Positions 9,000 through 17,923 of a stretch of DNA of 40,000 nt are shown in pieces. A program made the translations under genes and the position numbers. The number at the start of each line of letters is the position of its first letter. The stretch's first letter is position 1. This stretch comes from Pseudomonas phage Psa21, in sequence record MK552327.1; one strand, written 5' to 3'. Under the pieces are notes generated by a model. It did no database searches. It was not told the DNA's origin and saw only the letters and a list, made by a program, of their open reading frames with translations.

Positions 9000-10676
9000 A
9001 TGGATTACGGTCAAACTGAACTCTCCATGCCACAATCGTGCGCATGTGGTCATTGTCAAACCAATCGCATTCCTAATAATGCAAATTACCTGAACAATCC
9101 AATGCTGAAAATGCTGGGTGAGACTACTCCTGGGCTTAACCCTTTTGAACCCGTTTCACAACTGGCAGCGTACAACCCGTATAACCCACCTGGTTATGCC
9201 GATCGTGCTGTTGCTCAAACTGAGCAACGTATGTTGTCTGCATTGATTAATCGTCAATCGGAAAAACCGCTTGAACGCCAAGGCCCCACCGCATTGGGTG
9301 GCGATATGGTCGGCTTGAGTTTCCCAGAATTCATGCGTACCACCGTAACAGAACAAACTCTTCTCAACAAAGGTAAAGAAGTAATGTCTGCATCGAAAAC
9401 GCAACATCCGTCACCAGAAGGTTTCCTGGAATTCCTGACTGGCTTGATGGGCGCAGAAGAAGCACAAACTGCTTTTAATCGCCTTAAAGCAGAAAATGGC
9501 GGAAACATTCCGTTCTCTACCGAAGTACAATTGACACCAAAGCGTGATGCTTTGGATAAAGGTTTCTTTGGTCTGATTGAAGAATTGATTGGTGAAATTG
9601 ATTTGAGTGATCTTCTGGGTAAACCAGAACAACCTGACACTCAAATGGGGCACCCTCTGTTGGCTAACGTACATCTGGTTCCTGATCAGAAGTTTGCTGA
9701 TGAAGTTCGCCCATCTGCTATTCCTCAAGAAATTCTGGATGCCGGTAAAGAAGAAGTTATTCAAAATTACGTTACTCACGTAATCATTCCAGACTTCAGT
9801 AATGCAATCATTGACCTGCCACAACAGTTCAGTGGTAAAGATCTGTTGCGTCAACAGCGTCGCTTGCAAGCGCGTCTCAATAAGCTGTTGCGTTATCAGG
9901 CCAAGCCTGATGCAATTGTTGTTGAAGCTATTAATGACAAATATGAATTTGCCATCTATCAACACTACACCGCTAAGTTGGTTTCTTATCGGTCGATTAC
10001 CCTTCAGGAAGGTAAATCGCGGATGGAAGCAGCTGAAGCAGCTTTGGCTAAACGTGAAGCTGACAATGCAGTAAACCAAAAGAAACAAGAACTGGTTGCC
10101 TTCAACCAAAATCTTCGACTGGAGGCAGCGGATCTGTTTAGCTCAATCGGTCAGATCAGTAACTTGGAGTTGCACAAAGGTTTGCTCCAATTGGCTGAAA
10201 AGGTTGATCTGCAAATCAATCCAATTCAAAAATTGAAAGAAGTAGAAATCAAATGTGATTGCCCAGGTTGTTTTCTGGAAGCAATCAATGAAGAAGTAGG
10301 TAGCGAAGCAATTGAACGCGAACCTTCTGTTTTTGATCTATACTTCCAAGGTAACCCAAGTGCATCACGTTCGCGCATGTATGCACAACGAATGAATGGT
10401 ATTGATGAACGTAATACTGCGGACTTGCGTGGGGCGTTAGTGTCTGCCGGTGTTCCTAATCACTCACTCATTGGTAAAATGGGTGGTCGTTTTGAAATGA
10501 CCCCTGAGCAAATTAATGAGCGTTTTGGTGAAGAGCTTGGTCGTGAATTGCAAAAGTTGTCGGCACTGATGCAATCCCAAAGCAGTGATCCGCTTTCTGG
10601 TTCACTGGCTCAAGGTATGGCGTCACATTCAATGTCCCAAGGTATGATGTCGCACCATTTCCAAAACCAAGAATAA
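9000..10676 (+). CDS. hypothetical protein with Cys/His-rich N-terminus (CACGHC) and internal CDCPGC; possibly phiKZ gp53-like by position
   Basis: 558-aa ORF with AAGGAA upstream of ATG 9000. Identity is not recognised from motifs. Confidence 0.8.
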   Translation: MDYGQTELSMPQSCACGHCQTNRIPNNANYLNNPMLKMLGETTPGLNPFEPVSQLAAYNPYNPPGYADRAVAQTEQRMLSALINRQSEKPLERQGPTALGGDMVGLSFPEFMRTTVTEQTLLNKGKEVMSASKTQHPSPEGFLEFLTGLMGAEEAQTAFNRLKAENGGNIPFSTEVQLTPKRDALDKGFFGLIEELIGEIDLSDLLGKPEQPDTQMGHPLLANVHLVPDQKFADEVRPSAIPQEILDAGKEEVIQNYVTHVIIPDFSNAIIDLPQQFSGKDLLRQQRRLQARLNKLLRYQAKPDAIVVEAINDKYEFAIYQHYTAKLVSYRSITLQEGKSRMEAAEAALAKREADNAVNQKKQELVAFNQNLRLEAADLFSSIGQISNLELHKGLLQLAEKVDLQINPIQKLKEVEIKCDCPGCFLEAINEEVGSEAIEREPSVFDLYFQGNPSASRSRMYAQRMNGIDERNTADLRGALVSAGVPNHSLIGKMGGRFEMTPEQINERFGEELGRELQKLSALMQSQSSDPLSGSLAQGMASHSMSQGMMSHHFQNQE

Positions 10677-10710
10677 AAATACTGACAGCTATCATTTAAT
10701 ACAGGAGATT

Positions 10711-10833
10711 GCCGAAAGGTGATTAACTGTTTAAGTGTATGGCCCACACTCTGGACGGGTTCACTTAAATGTGTTTCATGTATGCTATTATATAGCAGAC
10801 AAACCCGTCTGAAACCTTAGCGCTTATTGCGCT
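10711..10833 (+). ncRNA. candidate structured RNA: GNRA hairpin, H-type pseudoknot and GC-rich hairpin
   Basis: GCC-GAAA-GGT (10711-10720). TTTAAGTG (10730-10737) pairs with CACTTAAA (10762-10769). GACGGGTT (10754-10761) pairs with AACCCGTC (10802-10809). TGCTAT-TAT-ATAGCA (10783-10797). AGCGC-TTATT-GCGCT (10819-10833). Confidence 0.5.
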
Positions 10834-10852
10834 GTAGTTATTGCCTTATCTG

Positions 10853-10885
10853 AAAAAATCTCAGATCTATATTACTACAGTGAAT
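10853..10885 (+). promoter_or_regulatory. phiKZ-type early promoter (TATATTAC) upstream of candidate chmA
   Basis: TATATTAC at 10868-10875 followed by tacAGTGAAT. 25-nt identity (aaaaaatctcagatctatattacta) with 21382-21406. The spacer and GTGAAT are shared with 33316-33333. Confidence 0.65.
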
Positions 10886-10945
10886 CTGAAACAATAGCAT
10901 GCTAGGGTTCTTGATCAAGAAAACGAATTCGTAAAGGAAAGCAAC

Positions 10946-12850
10946 ATGTCGGTAAATTCCAGCAACAAAGAAGCAGTAAACGTTCAAACTGCACAACAAG
11001 CCCCAGCACAAAAACAAGCTGCACAACAACCACAACAGTCCCAGGTATCGCAACCAATGCAACCAGCTATTCCAGTTTCCAATGGTCCGGCTACACTGAA
11101 TTCTCGTTTCAGCCGTTCCGGTCGTGCCGATGGCAATGATGCCCGCACCACCAAAGCATTCGTCGCATTCGATGAAGCTCGTGTAGAAGCAATCGCTCAG
11201 CAAGATCTCGCTGATACTTTCCACCTTTTCCGTTTCGACCGTGTTCCACACCAAGTCGCCATGGCTTCAATCCTGGTTCTGAAAGTTGTTAACAACCGTG
11301 GCGAACCAGCAATCCTGGTTAAAGCTCTGCCAGTTGTTGATAACTCGGTTGCTGTTAAACCAAAGACCTTCCAAATCGCTAACGGTTTCAGCACCTTCGA
11401 CAAGTTCGAAGCCAAGCCTGATTCCAGCGACATCTTCACCCCGCTGTACTGGGGCCGTATCGTTGCTCACGTTCGCAACGTAACTGGTCACCCTAACGCA
11501 GCTGTATACAACGCTGGTCCACAAGACATCCACGCTGAATTCGATTTCGAAGACAAAGTGGCCGTTCGTAACCTGCTGATCAAATCGGTTAACTCCGTTG
11601 AAGACACCATGGCTCGTCTGAGCGATGAGCGTCCATTCAGCCTGGCTACTGACATGCAGTCTGCTGATGAAATCCTGGCAGCTACTATCGACTACACCGG
11701 TACTCCGGTTGAATCGAACACCGGTATCCCACAACGTGCTGATATCGTTGTAAGTCTGCAGCGCCGTAAGAAGCACGGTCAGCAAACTCAAGAAAACGAG
11801 TACTACGACGCTGACTCACAGCTGAACTCCGTGGCAATGTTCACCGACCTGGAATACGCACCGCAACAAGTGCAACCACAGGCTTACGGCATTCCACAAG
11901 GTCCACTGCCAGCACCGTTCATGCCAGCTCTGGTTGTTACTGCTGTTAAGCAAGCTAACTGGATCATGGCTAACACCCCAGAAATGTACTTCTTCGCTCT
12001 GGGTAACGCTTTCCGTGCAACCAACGGTCAAGGCTGGGCTAAACAGTTCCTGCCAACCATCGGTCGTGTGAAAGATCCACGTGACATCGGTGCAGTCGGT
12101 TACCTGACTCAATCTGGTCTGAAAGTTGAGACCAAGTCGGAAACCTTCACCGAGCAAGACTTCGCTGGTCTGATGTTCTCTCAAGTACAACAGAACCCAG
12201 TCATCATGCTCGACCTGAACCGCATGGGTGATAACTCGTTCATCGAATCCATGATCCTGGATTCCCTGGGTGGTCCAAACGAACAAGCTGCAAAGGCTGG
12301 CATCATCCGCATCCTGTGCAACCTGTACGGTCGTGATAACTTCACCTCCCTGTTCGATACCACCAACGAATGGCTGTTCCGTCCTTACGGTACTGACTTC
12401 CACCTGGGTTACTACCCAGATGAAAACGGCGAGAAGCGTGACCGCCGTGATCTGGATACCCTGTACGCTCTGAACGCCTGTGATGGTGTTGTTCCAGAGT
12501 TCATGGACTGGTACGCTGCCAAGTGCAACGGTAACGTTCACTCGGAAGTTCGTCTGAAGAAATCCGAGCAGTACGACAAGCAGTACCTGGGCAACGTGAC
12601 TTACGCTGGTCGTGTTACTCGTGTCATCCTCAACCCTAAACTGGTTGCTGCGATGGATGCTGCTGCTGGTAAAGCTGGTATCGCTGTCACCATGGACAAC
12701 ATCGGTTCTGTATTCGGTGGTCAACGCTTCCAGGGTAACATGGGTCTGGCTGGTCTGAACGTACAAGGTGTTGCTAACGTAGCATCGTACATCCAGAACC
12801 AAAATGTCTACGCTACCCCAGTCGGTGGCGCAACTGGCATGATGTACTAA
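10946..12850 (+). CDS. chmA: candidate chimallin / phage nucleus shell protein (phiKZ gp54 family)
   Basis: 634-aa ORF with AAAGGAAAG SD and visually strong codon bias (C-ending codons). It has an early-type promoter upstream and is immediately followed by an nvRNAP beta' N-terminal fragment, the order gp54-gp55 as I recall it for phiKZ. Assignment is by context, not by alignment. Confidence 0.65.
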   Translation: MSVNSSNKEAVNVQTAQQAPAQKQAAQQPQQSQVSQPMQPAIPVSNGPATLNSRFSRSGRADGNDARTTKAFVAFDEARVEAIAQQDLADTFHLFRFDRVPHQVAMASILVLKVVNNRGEPAILVKALPVVDNSVAVKPKTFQIANGFSTFDKFEAKPDSSDIFTPLYWGRIVAHVRNVTGHPNAAVYNAGPQDIHAEFDFEDKVAVRNLLIKSVNSVEDTMARLSDERPFSLATDMQSADEILAATIDYTGTPVESNTGIPQRADIVVSLQRRKKHGQQTQENEYYDADSQLNSVAMFTDLEYAPQQVQPQAYGIPQGPLPAPFMPALVVTAVKQANWIMANTPEMYFFALGNAFRATNGQGWAKQFLPTIGRVKDPRDIGAVGYLTQSGLKVETKSETFTEQDFAGLMFSQVQQNPVIMLDLNRMGDNSFIESMILDSLGGPNEQAAKAGIIRILCNLYGRDNFTSLFDTTNEWLFRPYGTDFHLGYYPDENGEKRDRRDLDTLYALNACDGVVPEFMDWYAAKCNGNVHSEVRLKKSEQYDKQYLGNVTYAGRVTRVILNPKLVAAMDAAAGKAGIAVTMDNIGSVFGGQRFQGNMGLAGLNVQGVANVASYIQNQNVYATPVGGATGMMY

Positions 12851-13227
12851 GTTTCAATGGTTAGTTAGCCGTATGGTAACTGTGTAATGAACGTAACCAA
12901 CTCTTAAGCGAAAGCGTGCTAGTAGGTACACGGTTCTAAGCTCTTGGGAGTACTGATAACTTAAATGTTATTCCTGCTCCGACTAACTTGCTACAACACA
13001 CTAGCTCAATTGCAAGTGCGTGCACCCTAAAGGTCTGACGCTTGTGTGTATTAATGACCTGCCAAAGTCTCGATGTGATTAAAAACTTACGGTGATGTAA
13101 TCGAGAAGTGGATATTAACATCCCACCTAGCAATAGGTAAACCGTATTACGTGGTGACGCTAAACCTCCGTGGCGCATGGTCTCATGTTCCCGGCTATTA
13201 GTCATCTCGTAAATTAGCAGATAGGAA
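12851..13227 (+). ncRNA. candidate highly structured 3' UTR or independent ncRNA downstream of candidate chmA
   Basis: About 380 nt without a supported ORF. GGAG...ATAAC/GTTAT...CTCC (12947-12980). ACACA..CAAG..CGT..ACC/GGT..ACG.CTTG.TGTGT (12996-13049). TCTCGAT/ATCGAGA (13068-13074/13100-13106). GTGG..CCAC (13108-13126). Long-range GACTAA/TTAGTC (12981-12986/13198-13203). Confidence 0.5.
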
Positions 13228-13257
13228 TGGCTCCCTTCGGGGAGCCACTCTTATTTC
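13228..13257 (+). terminator. TTCG-loop hairpin terminator
   Basis: TGGCTCCC-TTCG-GGGAGCCA followed by a T-rich tract. Confidence 0.85.
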
Positions 13258-13285
13258 TTTTTTGTCATTTGTATCGAGGTAAGAA

Positions 13286-14755
13286 TTGGGACTACATGCT
13301 GAAATTGTAGACCACGACGAGATGCTGGCAAACCAACGAGGAATCGTTAAGTTTGCAAATGACTACAATGCGTCCAATACCGAATCGAAAGAAGAGTTCC
13401 AGCGAGCGCTGTATTCTCACTTTGATAACGTTGATGCCATTGAAGTATCAGCGAGTTGTGAATGTGGTCATTTGGATGAAGCTTATGACCTAGGCGTAGT
13501 TTGTGATGTATGTAGTACACCCGTAGTATCAACAGCGAGCCAACCTATCGTACCCTCGATGTGGATGCGTGCTCCTGAAGGCGTCGATTCGATGATCTCG
13601 CCTGAGTTGTTGATTATGTTGATGGGACACATGCAGGGCAAGGAGTTTAACTTCCTAGCTTATTTCATGGACACGACGTATCAGTTTGATGCGGCCACAA
13701 TCTCCTCCCGTGAAACAGATCGTAAAGTAAAACGGTTATTAGCACAAAACATCCCCCGTGGCTTGAACCACTTCATTCGTAACTTTGACACCATCATCAA
13801 GTTCTGTATGGATTGTGGTATTATCGGAACAGGCAAACATGAGTTCTATGAATTCTTGGTGCAGAATAAGCATGCATTGTTTCCGGCGGCCATTCCAATT
13901 CCAACCAAGTTGTGCTTTGTTGTAGAATCCACTACCTCGGGTTCTTACATCGATAAGCCGATTGGTCCTGCGATTGATGCGGCACTCACAATGGGTGGCA
14001 TCCTTCATAGTCCAATACCGTTGAAGCCCATCACGGTACAAAACCGCTGCGCCAAAGCGCTGCTGTTAATGGCTACATTCCACGAGAACTATGACAAGCA
14101 ACGTATCGCTCAGAAACCTGGGTTGATTCGCCGTCACGTTCTAGGTGGTCGTTTGAACTTTACTGCGCGTGCGGTAATTACATCGATCTCTGCACCACAC
14201 CGCTATGACGAACTCCATATTCCCTGGGGCGTAGCGTGTCAGTTGTTTAAGTATCACATCTTGAACAAACTGAAAAAGCAAGGCATGACTACAATGGAAG
14301 CCTTGGACTTCCTGTATTCAAATGTGCTGCAGTATAATGATCGATTGAACGGTATCTTTCTGGAACTGATCGCCGAAGCAAAAGGCATCGGTCCAGCGTG
14401 TACGTTCCACCGTAACCCTACTCTACAACGGGGTTCGACTCAGCAGTTCTTTATTACAGTTGTTAAATCAGACCTGACCGATAACTCGATCAGTATGTCT
14501 GTGTTGTGTTTGAAAGCACCAAACGCCGACTTTGACGGCGATCAGCTCAACCTGACTTTGATGCCAGATAACTATCTGACTGATGCAACTGAACGCATTG
14601 CTCCACACACATGGGTATTGTCAATTGATGATCCACATGAAATCTCTGGTAACTTGGAACTCCAAGGTCCTGTAGTAGAAACAATTGTGAACTATGCTCA
14701 CGAAGATTATCTACCAGAACCACCGGAAGAATACAGACACCTTTTGGACGAATAG
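13286..14755 (+). CDS. multisubunit RNA polymerase beta' N-terminal fragment (phiKZ nvRNAP gp55-like by synteny)
   Basis: Catalytic motif NADFDGDQLNL; zinc-ribbon-like CECGH...CDVCSTPV; GGRLNFTARAVI, like beta' GKRVDYSGRSVI. TTG start with GAGG upstream. Confidence 0.92.
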   Translation: MGLHAEIVDHDEMLANQRGIVKFANDYNASNTESKEEFQRALYSHFDNVDAIEVSASCECGHLDEAYDLGVVCDVCSTPVVSTASQPIVPSMWMRAPEGVDSMISPELLIMLMGHMQGKEFNFLAYFMDTTYQFDAATISSRETDRKVKRLLAQNIPRGLNHFIRNFDTIIKFCMDCGIIGTGKHEFYEFLVQNKHALFPAAIPIPTKLCFVVESTTSGSYIDKPIGPAIDAALTMGGILHSPIPLKPITVQNRCAKALLLMATFHENYDKQRIAQKPGLIRRHVLGGRLNFTARAVITSISAPHRYDELHIPWGVACQLFKYHILNKLKKQGMTTMEALDFLYSNVLQYNDRLNGIFLELIAEAKGIGPACTFHRNPTLQRGSTQQFFITVVKSDLTDNSISMSVLCLKAPNADFDGDQLNLTLMPDNYLTDATERIAPHTWVLSIDDPHEISGNLELQGPVVETIVNYAHEDYLPEPPEEYRHLLDE

Positions 14756-14756
14756 A

Positions 14757-15140
14757 ATGGAAAAGCTTCGACTGTTTCGTAAATTGGATTTTGAACACCA
14801 TTGGTTTATTAACTGGGAAGGTAATGATTATCCAGTTACTGTGGTGGTTGGCGATGTTGGTTGGGGCATAGCTCAGACTGCTCAAGAAGAGTACCTGGAC
14901 TTTAAACTGTTCAGCTACAACGTCAACTACTTGGTGTCATCCCGTTTCGGTATGCTAATAAGTGTTGAAATAGTCGAAGATCCTACCAATCTGTATTCAT
15001 TGGAAAATAAAGGAGTAGATGAACTTTTCATTTCGCCAAGACATCCAGCGGCAGGCTTCTTCAAGAAAACCAGAACGAACGAAGATGGATCAAAAACTAC
15101 TGTCCAGATTTATGCTACGTTCGATAAACAACCGTATTGA
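14757..15140 (+). CDS. hypothetical phage protein
   Basis: ATG at 14757 (MEKLRLFRKLDFEHHW...) directly after the stop at 14755; the track start 14694 overlaps the previous gene. Confidence 0.65.
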   Translation: MEKLRLFRKLDFEHHWFINWEGNDYPVTVVVGDVGWGIAQTAQEEYLDFKLFSYNVNYLVSSRFGMLISVEIVEDPTNLYSLENKGVDELFISPRHPAAGFFKKTRTNEDGSKTTVQIYATFDKQPY

Positions 15141-15149
15141 GGTGAGCTT

Positions 15150-15758
15150 ATGATGCAGGCACATGGTGTCGACCTTTTGGACATCTGTGCAGGTGGACAT
15201 TTGGATATGAATACCCAGTCATGGCTGGGTGACCGATCTGATGCACTACGTGCAACAATCTCTACGACGGCTTCAAGCTTCTTTAACCAAGCTGCTTCTC
15301 TGTACACAATGATCAGCACCAGCGATGCAGTACAAGCACTCCGTAACCTTACGGTGAAAGCTGACAGTGCATGGCAATCAAACGTAATTACATTCTTGCC
15401 AAGCATTGAGCAAATTCAATGTGCACCAACTGTAATGCAACGTTACCTCATGGCCCAACCCGATGCTCGCCAAATGTATTTGAATGGTGAGATCTCTGGT
15501 TATGGTGAAAACTATGAGAACTTGCATGGCGATGGTGTAGGGGCTAAGCATTACGATTGGCGTCGAGTAATGGATGGTATTGTCACTGTTAATAGTGAAG
15601 GTTTCAGCCACACAACTTACGTTGAAGATACTCGTGATGATGCAGAATTGACTGTGTTTGAGAAAGTAGACATCCTACGTACGTGGAATGTACTACAAGC
15701 TTCTTTGAGTGCAGGTGAGCAAGATCCAACTTCACCTGAAGGATTGATGCTGGGTTAA
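15150..15758 (+). CDS. hypothetical phage protein
   Basis: 202-aa ORF with GAGG upstream. Confidence 0.75.
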   Translation: MMQAHGVDLLDICAGGHLDMNTQSWLGDRSDALRATISTTASSFFNQAASLYTMISTSDAVQALRNLTVKADSAWQSNVITFLPSIEQIQCAPTVMQRYLMAQPDARQMYLNGEISGYGENYENLHGDGVGAKHYDWRRVMDGIVTVNSEGFSHTTYVEDTRDDAELTVFEKVDILRTWNVLQASLSAGEQDPTSPEGLMLG

Positions 15759-15768
15759 CGACATAAAC

Positions 15769-15793
15769 GCCTCACCTTCGGGTGGGGCTTTTT
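15769..15793 (+). terminator. TTCG-loop terminator
   Basis: GCCTCACC-TTCG-GGTGGGGC-TTTTT. Confidence 0.85.
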
Positions 15794-15804
15794 GAGGGTG
15801 TAAA

Positions 15805-16101
15805 ATGTACAACCTGGAATTGGAATATTCGCACAGTTTGGAAGCTTGGGTTATTCCAGGCGAAACCGTACCAGTGCGTTTGGTTGATCGCCATATTGCA
15901 CAGTACCTGGAAACATCTGGTGTGGGTGATAAGACCCGTATGTATAAACTAGATGGATTTGATGTGATTTGTCAGCACATTGAAAATGATGACTGGTCTA
16001 TTTTGGAAATCATTGGTCCTAATGGAATTATCTCAGATAAAGTTGAGATAGCTCTTGGTGGACAACTTCACCACAACATCGCTTGGGCCCACAATGTTTA
16101 A
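15805..16101 (+). CDS. hypothetical phage protein
   Basis: 98-aa ORF. Confidence 0.65.
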   Translation: MYNLELEYSHSLEAWVIPGETVPVRLVDRHIAQYLETSGVGDKTRMYKLDGFDVICQHIENDDWSILEIIGPNGIISDKVEIALGGQLHHNIAWAHNV

Positions 16102-16537
16102 CGTAAATAAACCAGTGTTGCAGATTGGAATGGAAGATGGTGGTGGAAGCTTATATATCCCCACTGCCAGGCAACAACAAATTATTGATTCCGCACGCTT
16201 GCAAGAGCTAATTAAAGGAATGCCTCCAGTCCATGCAATCTGTTTAGCTCACAATAAACATGCGGATGAATGGACAACGCAAAAAGGAACACAAATCAGT
16301 ATTGACTCTGGCAGCAAAGACTTTCAGTTTGTTTTGAAAGAAAATGAAACCATTGTCATCAAAGTACTGGATTGCACAATCAAATGTGTGAAGAGACCTA
16401 ACCGTATTGCGATTAGTCAAATCACAGGGCCACATGGTGAAGTGTTCAATACACTGCAACTATCACCAAGCCATCCATTGGTCGGAATGATCCGTGCCAG
16501 TGTAACCATCCCATTGAAAGATCTGAAAGACGCTTAA
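16094..16537 (+). CDS. hypothetical phage protein
   Basis: Internal ATG 16094 (MFNVNKPVLQIG...) overlaps the previous stop by 8 nt. Confidence 0.65.
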   Translation: MFNVNKPVLQIGMEDGGGSLYIPTARQQQIIDSARLQELIKGMPPVHAICLAHNKHADEWTTQKGTQISIDSGSKDFQFVLKENETIVIKVLDCTIKCVKRPNRIAISQITGPHGEVFNTLQLSPSHPLVGMIRASVTIPLKDLKDA

Positions 16538-16545
16538 GGATTGCT

Positions 16546-16938
16546 ATGACTGACGTTCCAGAACAACCAAAGAAAAACATGACCCGTGGCACACGTAGTT
16601 TTACCGGTGAGGTTTTCACGTTGGTTTATAACACCGAATCCGGTCATTACGATATTGCTTTTGAAGGCGCACAGTTCCCAGTTCGCTTTGTTGCCCCTGC
16701 TGCATTTGATTCACTGATTAACCCGCTTGCTGCTGGTATGAAACACAAATCCGGTCGCCATAACTTCACTCTGGAATTTGAGGGTGATAGCCTGGTAGAA
16801 ATTACCAATGACGCGGCTGTTGATGGCGCTAGTGTTACACGCACCGCCAGCGTAACAGTTCCATTTGATTCGTCCATTGTAGAATGGATTCGTGTTATCC
16901 GTGAATTGCCTGTGGAAAGAGCACTTCGAATTAAGTAA
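16546..16938 (+). CDS. hypothetical phage protein
   Basis: 130-aa ORF followed by a terminator. Confidence 0.7.
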   Translation: MTDVPEQPKKNMTRGTRSFTGEVFTLVYNTESGHYDIAFEGAQFPVRFVAPAAFDSLINPLAAGMKHKSGRHNFTLEFEGDSLVEITNDAAVDGASVTRTASVTVPFDSSIVEWIRVIRELPVERALRIK

Positions 16939-16944
16939 TACCTT

Positions 16945-16985
16945 GGGGACTTCGGTCCCCTAGCGTTTATTTTTTCTTTCCGCTT
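16945..16985 (+). terminator. TTCG-loop terminator
   Basis: GGGGAC-TTCG-GTCCCC followed by tagcgtttatttttt. Confidence 0.85.
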
Positions 16986-17019
16986 ACCCTATGTCTCAAT
17001 ACAAGAATAGGGTATAGCC

Positions 17020-17427
17020 ATGGCTGAAAAGTTTATTCCCACGATGAGCATCAAAGGTTGGATTGACCATCCTGAGGATAAAGCAGACTATGTCATTGCT
17101 TGCTTCATGGAATCAAATCACTCGATGACTGTCTCACATCGTGAACAAAATGTAACACTACAATTCTTATTAAAGAAGTTTGCCAACCGCATGTTGGATT
17201 TGGAAACTGCATTACAAGATGTACTAGATGCAAAATTGAAAGCGGCTTTTAATGCTAACTCTTATGCAAACGTAGACGTCCGTGCAGATGAAACTAATCC
17301 ATCGCAGTTTACAATTAACTTTACGGGTTATGTAGTGACAGATGACAAAACGTTCACTGTGGGTTGGATGGTTCAATTCCAAGACTCACGTGTTCTCAAA
17401 ATTGCAAAGATTAACAATGGAGTTTAA
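17020..17427 (+). CDS. hypothetical phage protein
   Basis: 135-aa ORF. Confidence 0.7.
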   Translation: MAEKFIPTMSIKGWIDHPEDKADYVIACFMESNHSMTVSHREQNVTLQFLLKKFANRMLDLETALQDVLDAKLKAAFNANSYANVDVRADETNPSQFTINFTGYVVTDDKTFTVGWMVQFQDSRVLKIAKINNGV

Positions 17428-17428
17428 G

Positions 17429-17923
17429 ATGTCTGCAGAAGCAACAGCTGTACGTATTGGTAATTTGGAACGTCGTTTAAACGCTCTTGAAAAACGCAAT
17501 GAAATACTAGAAACATCTTTCAAAGAACTGGTTGATCTCGTTCGTACTTCGGAAACATCTTTTACTAAGAAAGTGCTTCAAGCTTTCTCAGGCGTATTCC
17601 ATCAACTGTCGGATCAATTGGCTGCTACAGCACAAGGTCCAACTGCATTCGATTACGATGTTGAACCGGTAGCCGAAGGCACACCTCAATCGATCATTGT
17701 TAAACGTACAGGTGAACAATACGATTTCTCTACCAGTGTCACTCCGGATCAAATCCAGAATGAAGGCACTGAAGTTCTGGTAGAAATTTTCAAACGTAAA
17801 GAATTGCTGAAAGATGGTGAATCAGGTTGGTTCCTATTGTCAGCCAAGCATTCAGACCCACAGCAGGTGCATACCAATGGAATTCGCCCAACCGAAACCG
17901 GTGAACCCGAAGTCAGCGCGTGA
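17429..17923 (+). CDS. hypothetical protein with predicted N-terminal coiled coil
   Basis: ATG 17429 (MSAEATAVRIGNLERRLNALEKRNEILETSF...) directly after the stop at 17427. Confidence 0.7.
   Translation: MSAEATAVRIGNLERRLNALEKRNEILETSFKELVDLVRTSETSFTKKVLQAFSGVFHQLSDQLAATAQGPTAFDYDVEPVAEGTPQSIIVKRTGEQYDFSTSVTPDQIQNEGTEVLVEIFKRKELLKDGESGWFLLSAKHSDPQQVHTNGIRPTETGEPEVSA

Noticed and set aside
11816-12802. 328-aa minus-strand ORF
   Set aside because: It lies wholly antisense within the candidate chmA gene, has no independent support, and is explained by strong codon bias suppressing antisense stops.
10946-12850. Major capsid protein assignment
   Set aside because: Considered first because of size and strong codon bias. 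Position next to the RNAP beta' fragment and an early-type promoter favour ChmA. Kept as the main alternative, not fully excluded.
12851-13230. tRNA genes in the post-chmA gap
   Set aside because: No convincing T-arm (GTTCRANYC) or cloverleaf; the nearest sequences (cggttctaag, catgttcccgg) do not fit.
15378-15611. Minus-strand ORFs across 15110-15611
   Set aside because: Antisense to a well-spaced plus-strand gene with an SD; no supporting features.
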